DNA of 64,000 bases from an uncultured Verrucomicrobiae bacterium (GTDB taxonomy: Bacteria; Verrucomicrobiota; Verrucomicrobiia; Opitutales; JABDGR01), in contig CAVXVB010000009.1 of assembly GCA_963765205.1 (NCBI GenBank), positions 832,001 through 896,000 on the forward strand, written 5' to 3'. The position numbers and the translations under genes are program-made. The notes under the pieces are model-generated. The model made no database searches. It saw only the letters and a list, made by a program, of their open reading frames with translations, and was not told the DNA's origin. This document shows positions 1 through 10,421 of this stretch, one piece after another (within the stretch, counting starts at the first letter, position 1; every line of letters starts with the position of its first letter).

Positions 1-108
1 CTGTTGGACGGCATGATGCTGCTCCAGGAGAAAATCCGGAAGGAACCCGGCGCCACCGGCCTCTTCAGGCCGCGGCCCAACGAACCCGTCGTCGTGGGGG
101 CGAAATAG
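1..108 (+). CDS. nuoB: NADH-quinone oxidoreductase subunit B, 3' end (partial)
   Basis: Frame 1 reads [14 protein letters not shown]...GAK* (typical NuoB C-terminal helix), directly upstream of nuoC. Confidence 0.8.
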   Translation: MLDGMMLLQEKIRKEPGATGLFRPRPNEPVVVGAK

Positions 109-112
109 CGCC

Positions 113-737
113 GTGGACACGATTTTCGAGACGCTCAAGGCCAGGTTTCCCTATGTCGCGCCGCGCCCGTCGGCCGACCACCCGGCGGTCAACGTCCCCG
201 CCGCGCAGCTGCGCGAGTTCGCCCAACGCCTGCGCGACGAGTTCGGGTATAACATGCTGCTCGATTTATGCGGCGTGGATTGGGAACCAGGAGACACCGC
301 GCTTCGGTGTGGTTTACCAATTTTACCATGGCGGGCGGAAGACCTACTTGCGCGTCGCCACGCTGGCGCCGGACGACGCGAATCCGGCCGTGCCCTCGCT
401 GGCCGCGCTGTATCCGGCGGCGGACTGGCACGAGCGCGAGGCCTATGACATGGTTGGCATCCGCTTTGAGGGGCACCCGCATTTGACACGCATTCTCATG
501 TGGGAAGGCTACCCGTATCACCCGCTGCGGAAGGATTTCCCCCTCGCGGGCATCGAGACGGAACTGCCTGCCGCCGACACAGCCGCGGCAACGAAGGCTA
601 AAGTCATCGCCGCGCCGATGATGGGCGGCCCGTTCCATTCCGCGACGGAAGCCCAGCATCACATGTCCGACGCCGAACCCCGCGCCGAAGACGAAAGCTG
701 GACCGAGGACCAGCCGAAGCCGGGGCAAAGAGGATGA
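113..737 (+). CDS. nuoC: NADH-quinone oxidoreductase subunit C (one apparent frameshift at ~282-284)
   Basis: N-part (LLDLCGVDW) is in ORF 113..448 and C-part ([20 protein letters not shown]...HPLRKDFP) is in ORF 153..737; removing one G from TGGG joins them as DWNQETPRF. Confidence 0.9.
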
Positions 738-860
738 TTTAGGAATTAAGATTTATGAATTATGAAGTAAAACCAGGGCCGCTTTTTGAACACCGCTTTC
801 CAAACCTTCGTCATGCAGCCTTCTTTTTCTTCACTTCTGAAATCTTAAATCCTAAATCAT
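734..860. repeat. AT-rich inverted repeat built from ~7-bp units between nuoC and nuoD
   Basis: ATGATTTAGGAATTAAGATTT (734-754) matches the reverse complement of 840-860 at 20/21 positions. Confidence 0.75.
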
Positions 861-875
861 AAATTTTACACTACC

Positions 876-2114
876 GTGTCCACCTCCACCGAAATATCCC
901 TGGGCGATGTGGGCGCGCGTGGTGCGGCCTACGCGGCGGAGCTGCCGGCTGAGCACATGACGCTCAACGTGGGGCCGTCGCACCCGACGACCCACGGCGT
1001 GCTGCGGTTGTTGCTGGAATTGGACGGCGACCGGATCATCAAGTGCGAGCCGGTTATCGGTTATTTGCACCGGGGCGACGAAAAAATCGCCGAGAACATG
1101 ACCTACAACCAGTTCGTGCCCTACACGGACCGGCTGGACTACCTGGCGCCTCTCGCCAACAACGTGGCCTATGCGCTCGCGGTGGAGAAGCTGGCCCACC
1201 TCGAAATCCCCCCGCGCTGCCAGGCCATCCGCGTCATCTGCTGCGAACTGGCCCGCATTTCCTCGCACTTTCTCGGCATTGGGGTCTTTGGCATGGACGC
1301 CGGGGCGTGGACGATTTTCATGTATACATTCACGCAGCGCGAAAAGCTGTATACGCTATTTGAGGAGCTGACCGGGGCGCGCTTCACCACCAGCTACACC
1401 CGCATTGGCGGCGTCGCGCGCGACATGCCCGAGGGCTGGCTGGGCCGCGTGAACAAGTTCTGCCAGGATGTCATTCCCGTCGTGGACGAAATTGACAAGC
1501 TGCTGTCGCGAAACAAAATTTTTGTCGAGCGCACGGAAGGCGTCGGCGTCATTTCCAAGGAGGACGCGCTGGCTTATGGGATCACGGGCGCGAACCTGCG
1601 CGCCTCGGGCGTCGAGGCCGACTTGCGCAAGGACAACCCGTATTGCGGCTACGAGAATTACGATTTCGAGGTGCCCATCGGCACGCGTGGGGACTGTTAT
1701 GACCGCTACCTTGTGCGCATCGAGGAATTGCGCCAGAGCGTACGCATCGTTCGCCAGGCTATTGAGAAAATGCCCGAAGGGGCGTGGTATGCGGAGGGCG
1801 CGAAAAAAATCTTCGCCCCGCCCAAGGGCAAAATCCTCAGCAGCATGGAGGAACTGATCCAGAATTTCATGATTGTGACGGAAGGCCCGCAAATGCCGCC
1901 TGGTGAGGTTTATTTCGAGGCAGAAAACCCCAAGGGCGCGCTGGGCTTTTACATTGTCTCCAAAGGCGGCGGCGTGCCGTATCGCCTGCACATCAAGGGG
2001 CCGAGTTTTGTCTCGCTGGGCATCCTGCCCAAAATGCTGCCCGGCCATTTGCTCACCGACACCACCGTCATCCTCGGCAGCCTCGATTTTGTGCTCGGGG
2101 AATGCGACCGCTGA
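876..2114 (+). CDS. nuoD: NADH-quinone oxidoreductase subunit D
   Basis: NVGPSHPTTHGVLRL, GYLHRGDEK, DRLDY, C-terminal GECDR. Confidence 0.97.
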   Translation: MSTSTEISLGDVGARGAAYAAELPAEHMTLNVGPSHPTTHGVLRLLLELDGDRIIKCEPVIGYLHRGDEKIAENMTYNQFVPYTDRLDYLAPLANNVAYALAVEKLAHLEIPPRCQAIRVICCELARISSHFLGIGVFGMDAGAWTIFMYTFTQREKLYTLFEELTGARFTTSYTRIGGVARDMPEGWLGRVNKFCQDVIPVVDEIDKLLSRNKIFVERTEGVGVISKEDALAYGITGANLRASGVEADLRKDNPYCGYENYDFEVPIGTRGDCYDRYLVRIEELRQSVRIVRQAIEKMPEGAWYAEGAKKIFAPPKGKILSSMEELIQNFMIVTEGPQMPPGEVYFEAENPKGALGFYIVSKGGGVPYRLHIKGPSFVSLGILPKMLPGHLLTDTTVILGSLDFVLGECDR

Positions 2115-2116
2115 CC

Positions 2117-2620
2117 ATGAACCTTTCCACAAAAACCCTCGACTACGTCGAACGCCTGCTGCCGCGGTATCCGCAGAAGCGCAGCGCGATGCTGATGGTG
2201 CTCCATACCATCCAGGAGGATCTGGGCTACATTTCCAAGGAGGCGATGGAGTGGACGGCGCAGAAACTGGAGGTCACGCCGATCATGGTTTACGAAGTGG
2301 TCACGTTCTACCCGATGTTCCGGCTGGCGCCCATTGGCCGGCGGCATGTCAAGGTTTGCCGCACGCTTTCGTGTGCCCTGCGCGGCGCGTATAAGGTGTG
2401 CGACTCGCTGCAGGAAAACCTCGCCTGCGGCCTCGGCGAGACCTCGGCGGACGGCAATTTCACCATCGAGTTTGTCGAATGCGTCGCCGCCTGCGGCTCG
2501 GCCCCGGTGGTGATGGTGGATGACCAACTCCACGAAAACATCACCCCGGAAAAAGCCCCGGATTTCGCGGCCCAACTCAAACTCCACACCACGGCCGCGA
2601 TGCCCCCCTCGCGCCACTAA
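2117..2620 (+). CDS. nuoE: NADH-quinone oxidoreductase subunit E
   Basis: 2Fe-2S ligands CRTLSC ... ECVAAC; VVTFYPMF. Confidence 0.95.
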   Translation: MNLSTKTLDYVERLLPRYPQKRSAMLMVLHTIQEDLGYISKEAMEWTAQKLEVTPIMVYEVVTFYPMFRLAPIGRRHVKVCRTLSCALRGAYKVCDSLQENLACGLGETSADGNFTIEFVECVAACGSAPVVMVDDQLHENITPEKAPDFAAQLKLHTTAAMPPSRH

Positions 2621-2641
2621 ATATAATTTTTCATAGTTCGC

Positions 2642-2667
2642 GGACAGCTCGGAGAGCCGTCCCTACC
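2642..2667. repeat. REP-like GC-rich palindrome ending in CCTACC
   Basis: GGACAGCTC-GGA-GAGCCGTCC-CTACC hairpin in the nuoE-nuoF spacer. Confidence 0.55.
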
Positions 2668-2726
2668 ACGCAAAATCCATTCACCAACCAAGCACGAGAA
2701 AACCAAGCACTAGAACACTTACTTCC

Positions 2727-4100
2727 ATGCTTTCCGAACGCCGCATCATCTATCGTCATGTGGACGAGCCGGGTTACACGACCGATTTGGCGTGTTACCA
2801 GCGGCTGGGCGGCTATGAAGTGTTGCGCAAGGCCCTCCAGCGCAAGCCCGGCGAATTGGTGCAGGAAGTGAAGGACTCGGGCATCAAGGGGCGGGGCGGG
2901 GCGGGCTTTCCGACCGGCGTGAAGTGGGGTTTCCTCGATTACAAGTCCGGCAAGCCGATTTACCTGATTTGCAACGCCGATGAATCGGAGCCGGGCACCT
3001 ACAAGGACCGCCAGATCATTTATAAAGACCCGCACCAATTGATCGAGGGCGTCATCCTCTCCGCCTATGCCATCCAGGCGAAGCTCGCTTTCATTTATAT
3101 CCGCGGCGAAATGTTCGAGGGCGCAAAAATCCTCGACCGCGCCATTGACGAGGCGCGCGCGGCGAATTTTCTTGGCGAGAACATTCTCGGCTCCGGTTAT
3201 TCGGTGGAAATTATTGTGCATCGCGGCGCGGGCTGTTATATCTGCGGCGAGGAAACCGGTCTCATCGAATCGCTCGAAGGCAAGCGCGGCTACCCGCGCA
3301 TCAAGCCGCCCTATTTTCCGGCCGTGCTCGGTCTCTATAATTGCCCGACCATTGTGAACAATGTCGAGACGCTCTGCTGGGTGCGGCATATCCTGGAAAT
3401 GGGCGGCAAGGAATTCGCGAAAATCGGCGTGCCCACCGACACCGGCACGCACATCTGGGGCATCAGCGGCCACGTCGTGCGCCCCGGTTATTACGAAATC
3501 GAAGCGGGCAAGGGCACCGTGCGCGATTTGCTCTATGATTTTGGCGGCGGGCCGCCGCCCGGGCGCTCATTCAAGGCGATCATCCCCGGAGGCGTCTCCA
3601 TGAAAATTTTGCGCGTCGGCGAGAAATTCAAGGTCAAGCTACCCGACGGTTCTCCGGGCGAGTGGGGCGTGCTGGACATCCCGCTCGACGGCGGCAGTTT
3701 CAGCCAGTGCGGCACCTCCCTCGGCACTGGCGGCATGATTGTCATGGATGACACGACGGACATGGTCGAGGCCCTCGCCAATCTCAATTCCTTTTACGCG
3801 CACGAAAGTTGCGGCCAATGCACGCCGTGTCGGGAAGGCTCGCTTTGGCTCAAACGCATCACCACGCGCGTGTGCGACGGCGGCGGGCGGCTGGAGGACA
3901 TTGATTTGGTCAAGAACATCGCCGATCAAGTCGCGGGCCGCACAATTTGCGCGCACGGCGAGGCCGTCGCGTGGCCCTGCCAGAGCAACGTGCCGAAGTT
4001 CCGCGACGAATGGGAGGCGAAAATCCGCGCCCAAATCCAAGTCCGCGAACATGCCAACGGCGCCGCGCCACCGGCTCGCAAGGGCCTGCGCCTTGTTTGA
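2727..4100 (+). CDS. nuoF: NADH-quinone oxidoreductase subunit F
   Basis: GRGGAGFPTG, NADESEPGT, YICGEETGL, ESCGQCTPCREG. Confidence 0.97.
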   Translation: MLSERRIIYRHVDEPGYTTDLACYQRLGGYEVLRKALQRKPGELVQEVKDSGIKGRGGAGFPTGVKWGFLDYKSGKPIYLICNADESEPGTYKDRQIIYKDPHQLIEGVILSAYAIQAKLAFIYIRGEMFEGAKILDRAIDEARAANFLGENILGSGYSVEIIVHRGAGCYICGEETGLIESLEGKRGYPRIKPPYFPAVLGLYNCPTIVNNVETLCWVRHILEMGGKEFAKIGVPTDTGTHIWGISGHVVRPGYYEIEAGKGTVRDLLYDFGGGPPPGRSFKAIIPGGVSMKILRVGEKFKVKLPDGSPGEWGVLDIPLDGGSFSQCGTSLGTGGMIVMDDTTDMVEALANLNSFYAHESCGQCTPCREGSLWLKRITTRVCDGGGRLEDIDLVKNIADQVAGRTICAHGEAVAWPCQSNVPKFRDEWEAKIRAQIQVREHANGAAPPARKGLRLV

Positions 4101-4128
4101 TTTTTCCCATCTTTAATTTTCCACCGCC

Positions 4129-5823
4129 ATGCCTTCGCCCAATCTTGTCACCATCAACGTGGACGGCCGCGACCTGCAGGTTCCGGCGGGAATGAACCTG
4201 ATTGACGCAATGGCCCGCCACGGGCTGGAAGTGCCGCATTATTGCTACCACCCGAAGCTCACGGTGGCGGGCAATTGCCGCATGTGTCTGGTCGAGACGG
4301 GAATGCCGATGAAAGACCGGCAGACGAACCAGATTCTGGTTGAGCCGGATGGCCGCATGAAAATCGGCTGGGGACCGAAACCCGCCGTCGCCTGCACCAC
4401 CAATTGCGCCGCGGGCTTGCATGTGCGCACGAACACGCCAGTCGTCAAGGACTGCCGCGAGGGTGTGATGGAATTCCTGCTCGTCAACCACCCGCTGGAT
4501 TGCCCGATTTGCGACCAGGCCGGCGAATGCAAGCTCCAGGAATTCGCCACCGATTATGGCCGTGGCTATAGCCGCTTCGTCGAGGAAAAGAACGTCAAGC
4601 CCAAGCGCACGCGCCTCGGGCCGCGCGTTACGCTCGACGACGAACGCTGCATCCTGTGCTCGCGCTGCGTGCGCTTCTGCTCGGAAATCGTCAAGGACAA
4701 CGTGCTCGGCTTCATTGACCGCGGCAGCCATTCCACACTGACCTGTTATCCCGGCCGCGAACTTGACAATAATTATTCGCTCAACACGGTGGACATCTGC
4801 CCTGTCGGCGCGCTCACCAGCACCGATTTCCGCTTCAAGATGCGCGTATGGTTTTTGAAGCCCACGCCCAGCATTTGCACCGAAAGCAGCGTCGGCGCCA
4901 ACACCGAGGTCTGGAGCCGCGAAGGCAAAATCTACCGCATCACCCCGCGCGACAACGACGCCGTCAATGACTGCTGGATGGCGGACAGCGGGCGCCTGCT
5001 TTACCAGCCGGTCGAGTCTCCACTGCGCATTGATTTCTTCGCGGTGGACAACGGCAAGTGCGCCGCCGGCAAGGCTCGCGCGCGCACCGCCGAACTGCTT
5101 AAAGGCGGCGGGGTGGGGTATGTCGGCTCGGCGCAGAGCAGCCTCGAAGAACAATTTCTACTCTGGAAACTCGTTAAGGCCGAACCCGGCCCGGTGTCTT
5201 TCGTCCGACATACGCGCGCTGGCGACGGTCTGTTGATTTCGAATGACGCGACTCCGAATCTCCGCGGCGCGTTCCTAACCGGCCTGCTGCGCGAGTTGCC
5301 GCAGGCCAATCTCGATGAACTGCGCGACAAGGTCGAGACCGGCGCGATTAAAACGCTGTTCGTCGTCCACGAAGACCTCGCCGCGCTCGGCTTTTCAGAA
5401 GAGGTGCTGCGCCGTGTGCAGGTGATTTACCTCGGCACTCACGCCAACCTCACCAGCGATCTCGCCCAAGTCGTGCTGCCGGGGCTGACGGTGTTCGAGA
5501 AAACCGGCAGTTTCGTGAACCAGCAATGGCGCGTGCAACGGTTTTTTCAGGCTGTGCCCGGGCCAGCGGGCGCCGTGCCGGATATGCTTTTGCTTAGCCA
5601 ACTGCTCGCCCAGATTGTTGGTGGAAGCGCCGCGCCCGTGTCGCCGGAAATCATCTGGTCGGAACTTGCCGCCGCCCTCGCGCCGCTGGCTGGGTGGACG
5701 TGGGCCGGAATCGGGATGCAAGGCCGGGTGCTGGACGGCTCGGCGTGGGCGCACATTTCCTTTGGCGAAGGCAAATCGCTGCACTACGACCCCGCGGCCC
5801 TCACCGCCGTCAAAGCCGGTTAA
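4129..5823 (+). CDS. nuoG: NADH-quinone oxidoreductase subunit G (short, 564 aa)
   Basis: CYHP...GNCRMCLVE, NHPLDCPICDQAGECKLQ, CILCSRCVRFC. Confidence 0.95.
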   Translation: MPSPNLVTINVDGRDLQVPAGMNLIDAMARHGLEVPHYCYHPKLTVAGNCRMCLVETGMPMKDRQTNQILVEPDGRMKIGWGPKPAVACTTNCAAGLHVRTNTPVVKDCREGVMEFLLVNHPLDCPICDQAGECKLQEFATDYGRGYSRFVEEKNVKPKRTRLGPRVTLDDERCILCSRCVRFCSEIVKDNVLGFIDRGSHSTLTCYPGRELDNNYSLNTVDICPVGALTSTDFRFKMRVWFLKPTPSICTESSVGANTEVWSREGKIYRITPRDNDAVNDCWMADSGRLLYQPVESPLRIDFFAVDNGKCAAGKARARTAELLKGGGVGYVGSAQSSLEEQFLLWKLVKAEPGPVSFVRHTRAGDGLLISNDATPNLRGAFLTGLLRELPQANLDELRDKVETGAIKTLFVVHEDLAALGFSEEVLRRVQVIYLGTHANLTSDLAQVVLPGLTVFEKTGSFVNQQWRVQRFFQAVPGPAGAVPDMLLLSQLLAQIVGGSAAPVSPEIIWSELAAALAPLAGWTWAGIGMQGRVLDGSAWAHISFGEGKSLHYDPAALTAVKAG

Positions 5824-5841
5824 TTTTCTTTCCTCTCCTTC

Positions 5842-6954
5842 ATGCTGCAACTGTTAATCTACCTTGTTTTGCACGCCATCTACGCGCTGCTGGTCATCAG
5901 CGTGCTGATGGGCATGTGCGCGTATGCGGTGTTGGCGGAGCGCAAGATCAGCAGTTGGATCCAAAACCGCGTCGGCCCGAATCGCACGCAACTGCCCATC
6001 CTCGCCTATATTCCCGTGGCCGGGACCATGCTCCAGCGCATTGGTTTTTCGCAGCCCATGGCTGATGGATTGAAATTTTTGTTCAAGGAAGATGTGGTGC
6101 CTGGGCATGTGAAGAAGTTTTACTATACGCTCGCGCCCTGCCTTTCGCTCGTGGCGGCCCTGACCACTTGCACAGTGCTGCCGTTTGGGCTGTGGTGGTC
6201 GGAAGACGCAAAACACAATCTGGTGGAGCAACCGCTCGTGCTGGCCAATCTCGACATCGGCCTGCTCTTCATCCTGGCGATCAGCTCGCTCGGGGTTTAC
6301 GGGCTGGTGCTGGCGGGCTGGGCGTCGAACAGCAAATACCCGTTCCTCGGCGGCATCCGCGCCTCGGCGCAGTTGATTTCCTACGAACTGGCGATGGGCG
6401 TCGCGCTGCTGCCCGTGTTCCTCTGGTCGAGCCGGCCCGGCGTGGACAGCCCGCTGAATTTGTATCGCATCGTGCAGGCGCAAGACGGTTTATGGCTGTG
6501 CATTTGGCAGCCCATCTCCGCGCTGGTTTTTCTGATTTGTATTTTTGCCGAGACGAACCGCCTGCCCTTCGATATGGCGGAGTCGGAGACCGATCTGGTC
6601 GGCGGTTTCCACACAGAATACGGCAGCTTCAAATTCGGGTTTTTCTTCATCGCGGAATACGCCCACATGATCGTCGGTTCGGCGGTGTTCGTCGTGCTCT
6701 TCTTCGGCGGCTGGAACTTTTTTCCCGGCCTGGCCGACCCCTGGCCGCACAACCTCCTCGGCTCGGTGCTCACCATCGTCTGGTTTTTGGCCAAAGTGGT
6801 TTGCTTCGTCTTCTTTTTCATCTGGATTCGCTGGACCCTCCCGCGTTTCCGCTACGACCAGGTAATGAAGCTCGGCTGGAACGTCCTGCTGCCGCTGGCG
6901 GTGGCGAACTTTGCCGCCTACCTCATTTTCTTCGCCCTCTTCCCCAATCTTTAA
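5842..6954 (+). CDS. nuoH: NADH-quinone oxidoreductase subunit H
   Basis: ERKI...RVGPN, AETNRLPFD, LPRFRYDQ; multi-TM. Confidence 0.97.
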   Translation: MLQLLIYLVLHAIYALLVISVLMGMCAYAVLAERKISSWIQNRVGPNRTQLPILAYIPVAGTMLQRIGFSQPMADGLKFLFKEDVVPGHVKKFYYTLAPCLSLVAALTTCTVLPFGLWWSEDAKHNLVEQPLVLANLDIGLLFILAISSLGVYGLVLAGWASNSKYPFLGGIRASAQLISYELAMGVALLPVFLWSSRPGVDSPLNLYRIVQAQDGLWLCIWQPISALVFLICIFAETNRLPFDMAESETDLVGGFHTEYGSFKFGFFFIAEYAHMIVGSAVFVVLFFGGWNFFPGLADPWPHNLLGSVLTIVWFLAKVVCFVFFFIWIRWTLPRFRYDQVMKLGWNVLLPLAVANFAAYLIFFALFPNL

Positions 6955-6976
6955 CCGCCTCCCCCGCGCAACCACC

Positions 6977-7525
6977 ATGGCCAAAGTCCTCGAACGCAAA
7001 CCCCTGACCTTTTGGGAGCGCACCTACCTGCCGCAAATCCTCGGCGGGCTGCGCATCACTTTCTTCAATATGTTTCGGCGCAAGGAAACGCTCGAATACC
7101 CCGAGCAGCGCCCGCAGCTTCCGCGCGGCTACCGCGGCGCGCCCACGCTCGTCAAAGACCCCAACGGCCGCGAAAAATGCGTCTCTTGCCAGCTTTGTGA
7201 ATTCGTCTGCCCGCCCAAGGCCATCCGCATCATCCCTGGCTCCATTCCCTTCGACGCCCCCACCGCGCACGTCGAGAAGGCGCCGAAGGAATTCGACATC
7301 AACATGCTCCGCTGCATTTACTGCGGCTTGTGCGAGGAAGTCTGCCCCGAGGAGGCCATCTGGTTGCAGGATATTTATTCCCTGACCGGCACCAGCCGCG
7401 GCCAGCTCGTCCATAACAAGGCCAAGCTCTACGAACTCGGCGGCACGCGGCCCGACACCCATTACAAGTGGGACAAAAAACTCGCCGCTGAAAAAGAGCA
7501 GGCCGCCGGCGGCGCGCATCATTGA
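6977..7525 (+). CDS. nuoI: NADH-quinone oxidoreductase subunit I
   Basis: Two CxxCxxCxxxCP 4Fe-4S motifs. Confidence 0.96.
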   Translation: MAKVLERKPLTFWERTYLPQILGGLRITFFNMFRRKETLEYPEQRPQLPRGYRGAPTLVKDPNGREKCVSCQLCEFVCPPKAIRIIPGSIPFDAPTAHVEKAPKEFDINMLRCIYCGLCEEVCPEEAIWLQDIYSLTGTSRGQLVHNKAKLYELGGTRPDTHYKWDKKLAAEKEQAAGGAHH

Positions 7526-7610
7526 ACCAGCGCCGCCTTTTTGCTCGATTAACCCCCGCGCTCCACGCTTAATCAAACCTTTTGCCCGTATTCCGCCACC
7601 CTTCCGCGCC

Positions 7611-8186
7611 ATGCTGCCCGCCTTTCTCTTTTACTTCTTCTCCGCGCTGACGATCCTCGCCGCGCTGCTCGTGGTGCTCAACCGCGAGGCCGTGAACAGC
7701 GCCATGTGCATGATTGTCGCGCTCTCCGGGGTGGCGGCGCTCTTTGTGCTGCTGCAGGCCTACTTTCTGGCGGTGCTGCAAATCGTGGTTTACGCCGGCG
7801 CAGTCATGGTGCTCTTCCTCTTTATCATCATGCTGCTCGACACCTCCGCTCGCCGCATTCATGTGACGGAGATGAACCTTGTGGCGGCCATCGCCGCGCT
7901 GATGGTGCTGGCCGGCGGGGCCATCTGGCTGGCGCACCAATTTCCCGCCGTGGGCGTTTTGCCCGACGTTCAGCCCATGCCCACGGATCAGGCTCCGATG
8001 GCCTACGCCACCACCGCCAAGGCGTTTGGCTACGGACTCTTCACCCGCTACATGCTCCCGTTCCAAGTCGCGGGCTTCCTGCTCCTCATCGCCATGGTCG
8101 GCGTCATTGTGTTGAGCAAGCGCCCGTCGGACGCCAAGGGCGACCCGGTCAAGGAACCGGCGCAGGAATCGGAAACCAATCCCTAA
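7611..8186 (+). CDS. nuoJ: NADH-quinone oxidoreductase subunit J
   Basis: [15 protein letters not shown] motif; operon position. Confidence 0.95.
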   Translation: MLPAFLFYFFSALTILAALLVVLNREAVNSAMCMIVALSGVAALFVLLQAYFLAVLQIVVYAGAVMVLFLFIIMLLDTSARRIHVTEMNLVAAIAALMVLAGGAIWLAHQFPAVGVLPDVQPMPTDQAPMAYATTAKAFGYGLFTRYMLPFQVAGFLLLIAMVGVIVLSKRPSDAKGDPVKEPAQESETNP

Positions 8187-8193
8187 TTTCGCC

Positions 8194-8499
8194 ATGCAAC
8201 CCGGACTCCAAGCCTACCTGACCGTCGCCGGCATTCTATTTGCCATCGGCTTTTTCGGCGTGCTTCTGCGCAAGAACACGCTCGTCATCTACATGTGCCT
8301 GGAATTGATGCTCACGGCCGCAACCTTGGCGCTGGTCGCCTTCTCCCGCTTTTACGGCACGATGGACGGCGCGCTCTTTGTCTTCTTTATCATCACGGTC
8401 GCTGCGGCGGAAGTCGCCGTCGGCCTGGCCATCATCGTCGCGCTCTACCGCCGCCGCCGCACGGTGCAGGTGGACGAATTGAATTACCTCAAGCACTGA
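8194..8499 (+). CDS. nuoK: NADH-quinone oxidoreductase subunit K
   Basis: 101 aa, 3 [13 protein letters not shown]. Confidence 0.96.
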   Translation: MQPGLQAYLTVAGILFAIGFFGVLLRKNTLVIYMCLELMLTAATLALVAFSRFYGTMDGALFVFFIITVAAAEVAVGLAIIVALYRRRRTVQVDELNYLKH

Positions 8500-8509
8500 T
8501 TTTTTCCGC

Positions 8510-10387
8510 ATGGATTTGCCCAAGATATTGACCGTCATTCTGCTGCTGCCGCTCGGCTCGGCGGCGCTGATTGTGTTGTTCCTGCGCCGGCGCGGGAACC
8601 TAGCCGCCGCTCTGTCGGTGGGCGTCGGCTTCGCCATCATGGCGCTGTCGCTGTATGCCGTGCTCTCGTGGGACGGGCAAACCCTGGAAGTGTCACGCGA
8701 ATGGCTGCGCTTCGGCAATTACGCCTTTTCGATGGGTTTTTATTTCAACAACCAGACGGCGCTGATGCTGTTGGTGGTCTCGTTTGTCGCGAGCTGGATC
8801 CAGCTTTTCAGCGTCGGGTATATGGCGGACGACGAGGGCAAGGGCCGGTTTTTCGGCGGCCTGTCCATCTTCATGTTCTCGATGCTCGGCATCGTGGTCG
8901 CGGATAATTTGGTGATGCTGTTCGTGTTTTGGGAACTGGTCGGCTTCAGTTCTTACCTGCTCATCGCGCATTATTTTAAGACGGATTTCGCCAACATGGC
9001 CTCGAAAAAGGCCTTTATCGTCAACCGCGTCGGCGACTTCGGCTTCATCCTCGGCATTGTATGGTGCTGGGATCATTACGGCACAGTCAATTTGGCTGAG
9101 TTGGGGAAAATCGCCGCCGCCAATCCGGGCCTGTTGGGCACGACCGCCGCGGTCGGCATCGGCTTCCTGCTCATGTGCGGCTTCGTCGGCAAGAGCGCGC
9201 AATTCCCCTTGCAAGTCTGGCTGACCGATGCGATGGCCGGCCCCACGCCCGTCTCCGCGTTGATCCACGCCGCGACCATGGTGGCCGCGGGCATCTATTT
9301 TCTGGCGCGGGTCTTTTTCCTGCTCGCGCCCGCCACGCTCCACTGGATCGCCTGGAGCGGCGCGGCGATGACGGCCTTTGCCGGCCTGTGCGCGCTTGGG
9401 CAGACGGACATAAAGAAAATCCTCGCCTATTCCACGCTCTCGCACCTTGGCTATATGGCTTGCGCGGTCGGCCTCGGTTATCCGGAAATCGCCATGTTCC
9501 ACCTGGCGATGCACGCCTGCTTCAAGGCGACGCTCTTCCTCGGCGCCGGCTCTGTCATTGCCGGCTGCCACCACGAACAGGACATTTACAAGATGGGCGG
9601 CCTGTTCAAGAAAATGCCGATTACCGGCCTGACCTTCCTGCTCGCCATCCTGGCCAACTGCGCGATTCCTTTCTTTTCCGGCGGGTATTCGAAGGATTCC
9701 ATCATCTCCGCCGCGTTTTTGGCCGGGCATGACCAAGGCGTGATTTATTACGGTGTTTACGCCTTGGTGCTGGTCGGCGCGCTTTGCACGGCCCTGTATT
9801 CGGCCCGCCTCTTCTCCGTCGTATTCCTCGGCTCACCGCGCAGTGAGGACGCCGAGCACGCGCACGAAACCGGTCCCGCGATGACGGTGCCGCTGGTCGT
9901 GCTGGGTTTTCTTTCCCTGGCCGCCGGCTGGAAGGGCCTGCTTCCCGCGCGGAGCGCCGTAGTTTTTCTCGATGCTGTTGCCAAAATAAATGAGCGCGTG
10001 GAAAGTGTAGGCGCGGGCCACGCGCTGGAAGTCATCAACGTTGCCGTCATCCTCGCTGGCCTGGCGGCTTCCTATCTTTTTTATCGCAGCGTCAAGGATC
10101 GTGACGCGCTCGCGGCCAAGGCCCCCGGCGCGTTTCACGTCCTCGAACGCCATGGTTGGTTCGACGATGTTTACGATTGGTATGTCGCGCAAGTCCAGCA
10201 ACGCGTCTGCGATATTCTTGGCGCGCTCGACTTGCTCGTTTTCAAATTTACCCTGGGTTGGGGTTCGGGCGGCTTCGCCGGGTTGGCTGGTTCGCTGCTG
10301 CGCCGCGCCCAAGTTGGCAGCATCCATGCCTACGTTTACTGGTTCCTCGCCGGCGTGATTCTTTTCTGGGCCTTCGCGATTCACTAA
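8510..10387 (+). CDS. nuoL: NADH-quinone oxidoreductase subunit L
   Basis: GKSAQFPLQVWLTDAMAGPTPVSALIHAATMV. Confidence 0.97.
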   Translation: MDLPKILTVILLLPLGSAALIVLFLRRRGNLAAALSVGVGFAIMALSLYAVLSWDGQTLEVSREWLRFGNYAFSMGFYFNNQTALMLLVVSFVASWIQLFSVGYMADDEGKGRFFGGLSIFMFSMLGIVVADNLVMLFVFWELVGFSSYLLIAHYFKTDFANMASKKAFIVNRVGDFGFILGIVWCWDHYGTVNLAELGKIAAANPGLLGTTAAVGIGFLLMCGFVGKSAQFPLQVWLTDAMAGPTPVSALIHAATMVAAGIYFLARVFFLLAPATLHWIAWSGAAMTAFAGLCALGQTDIKKILAYSTLSHLGYMACAVGLGYPEIAMFHLAMHACFKATLFLGAGSVIAGCHHEQDIYKMGGLFKKMPITGLTFLLAILANCAIPFFSGGYSKDSIISAAFLAGHDQGVIYYGVYALVLVGALCTALYSARLFSVVFLGSPRSEDAEHAHETGPAMTVPLVVLGFLSLAAGWKGLLPARSAVVFLDAVAKINERVESVGAGHALEVINVAVILAGLAASYLFYRSVKDRDALAAKAPGAFHVLERHGWFDDVYDWYVAQVQQRVCDILGALDLLVFKFTLGWGSGGFAGLAGSLLRRAQVGSIHAYVYWFLAGVILFWAFAIH

Positions 10388-10421
10388 ACCGCGCCGCGCC
10401 ACCTACCTTTTTATTTTATCC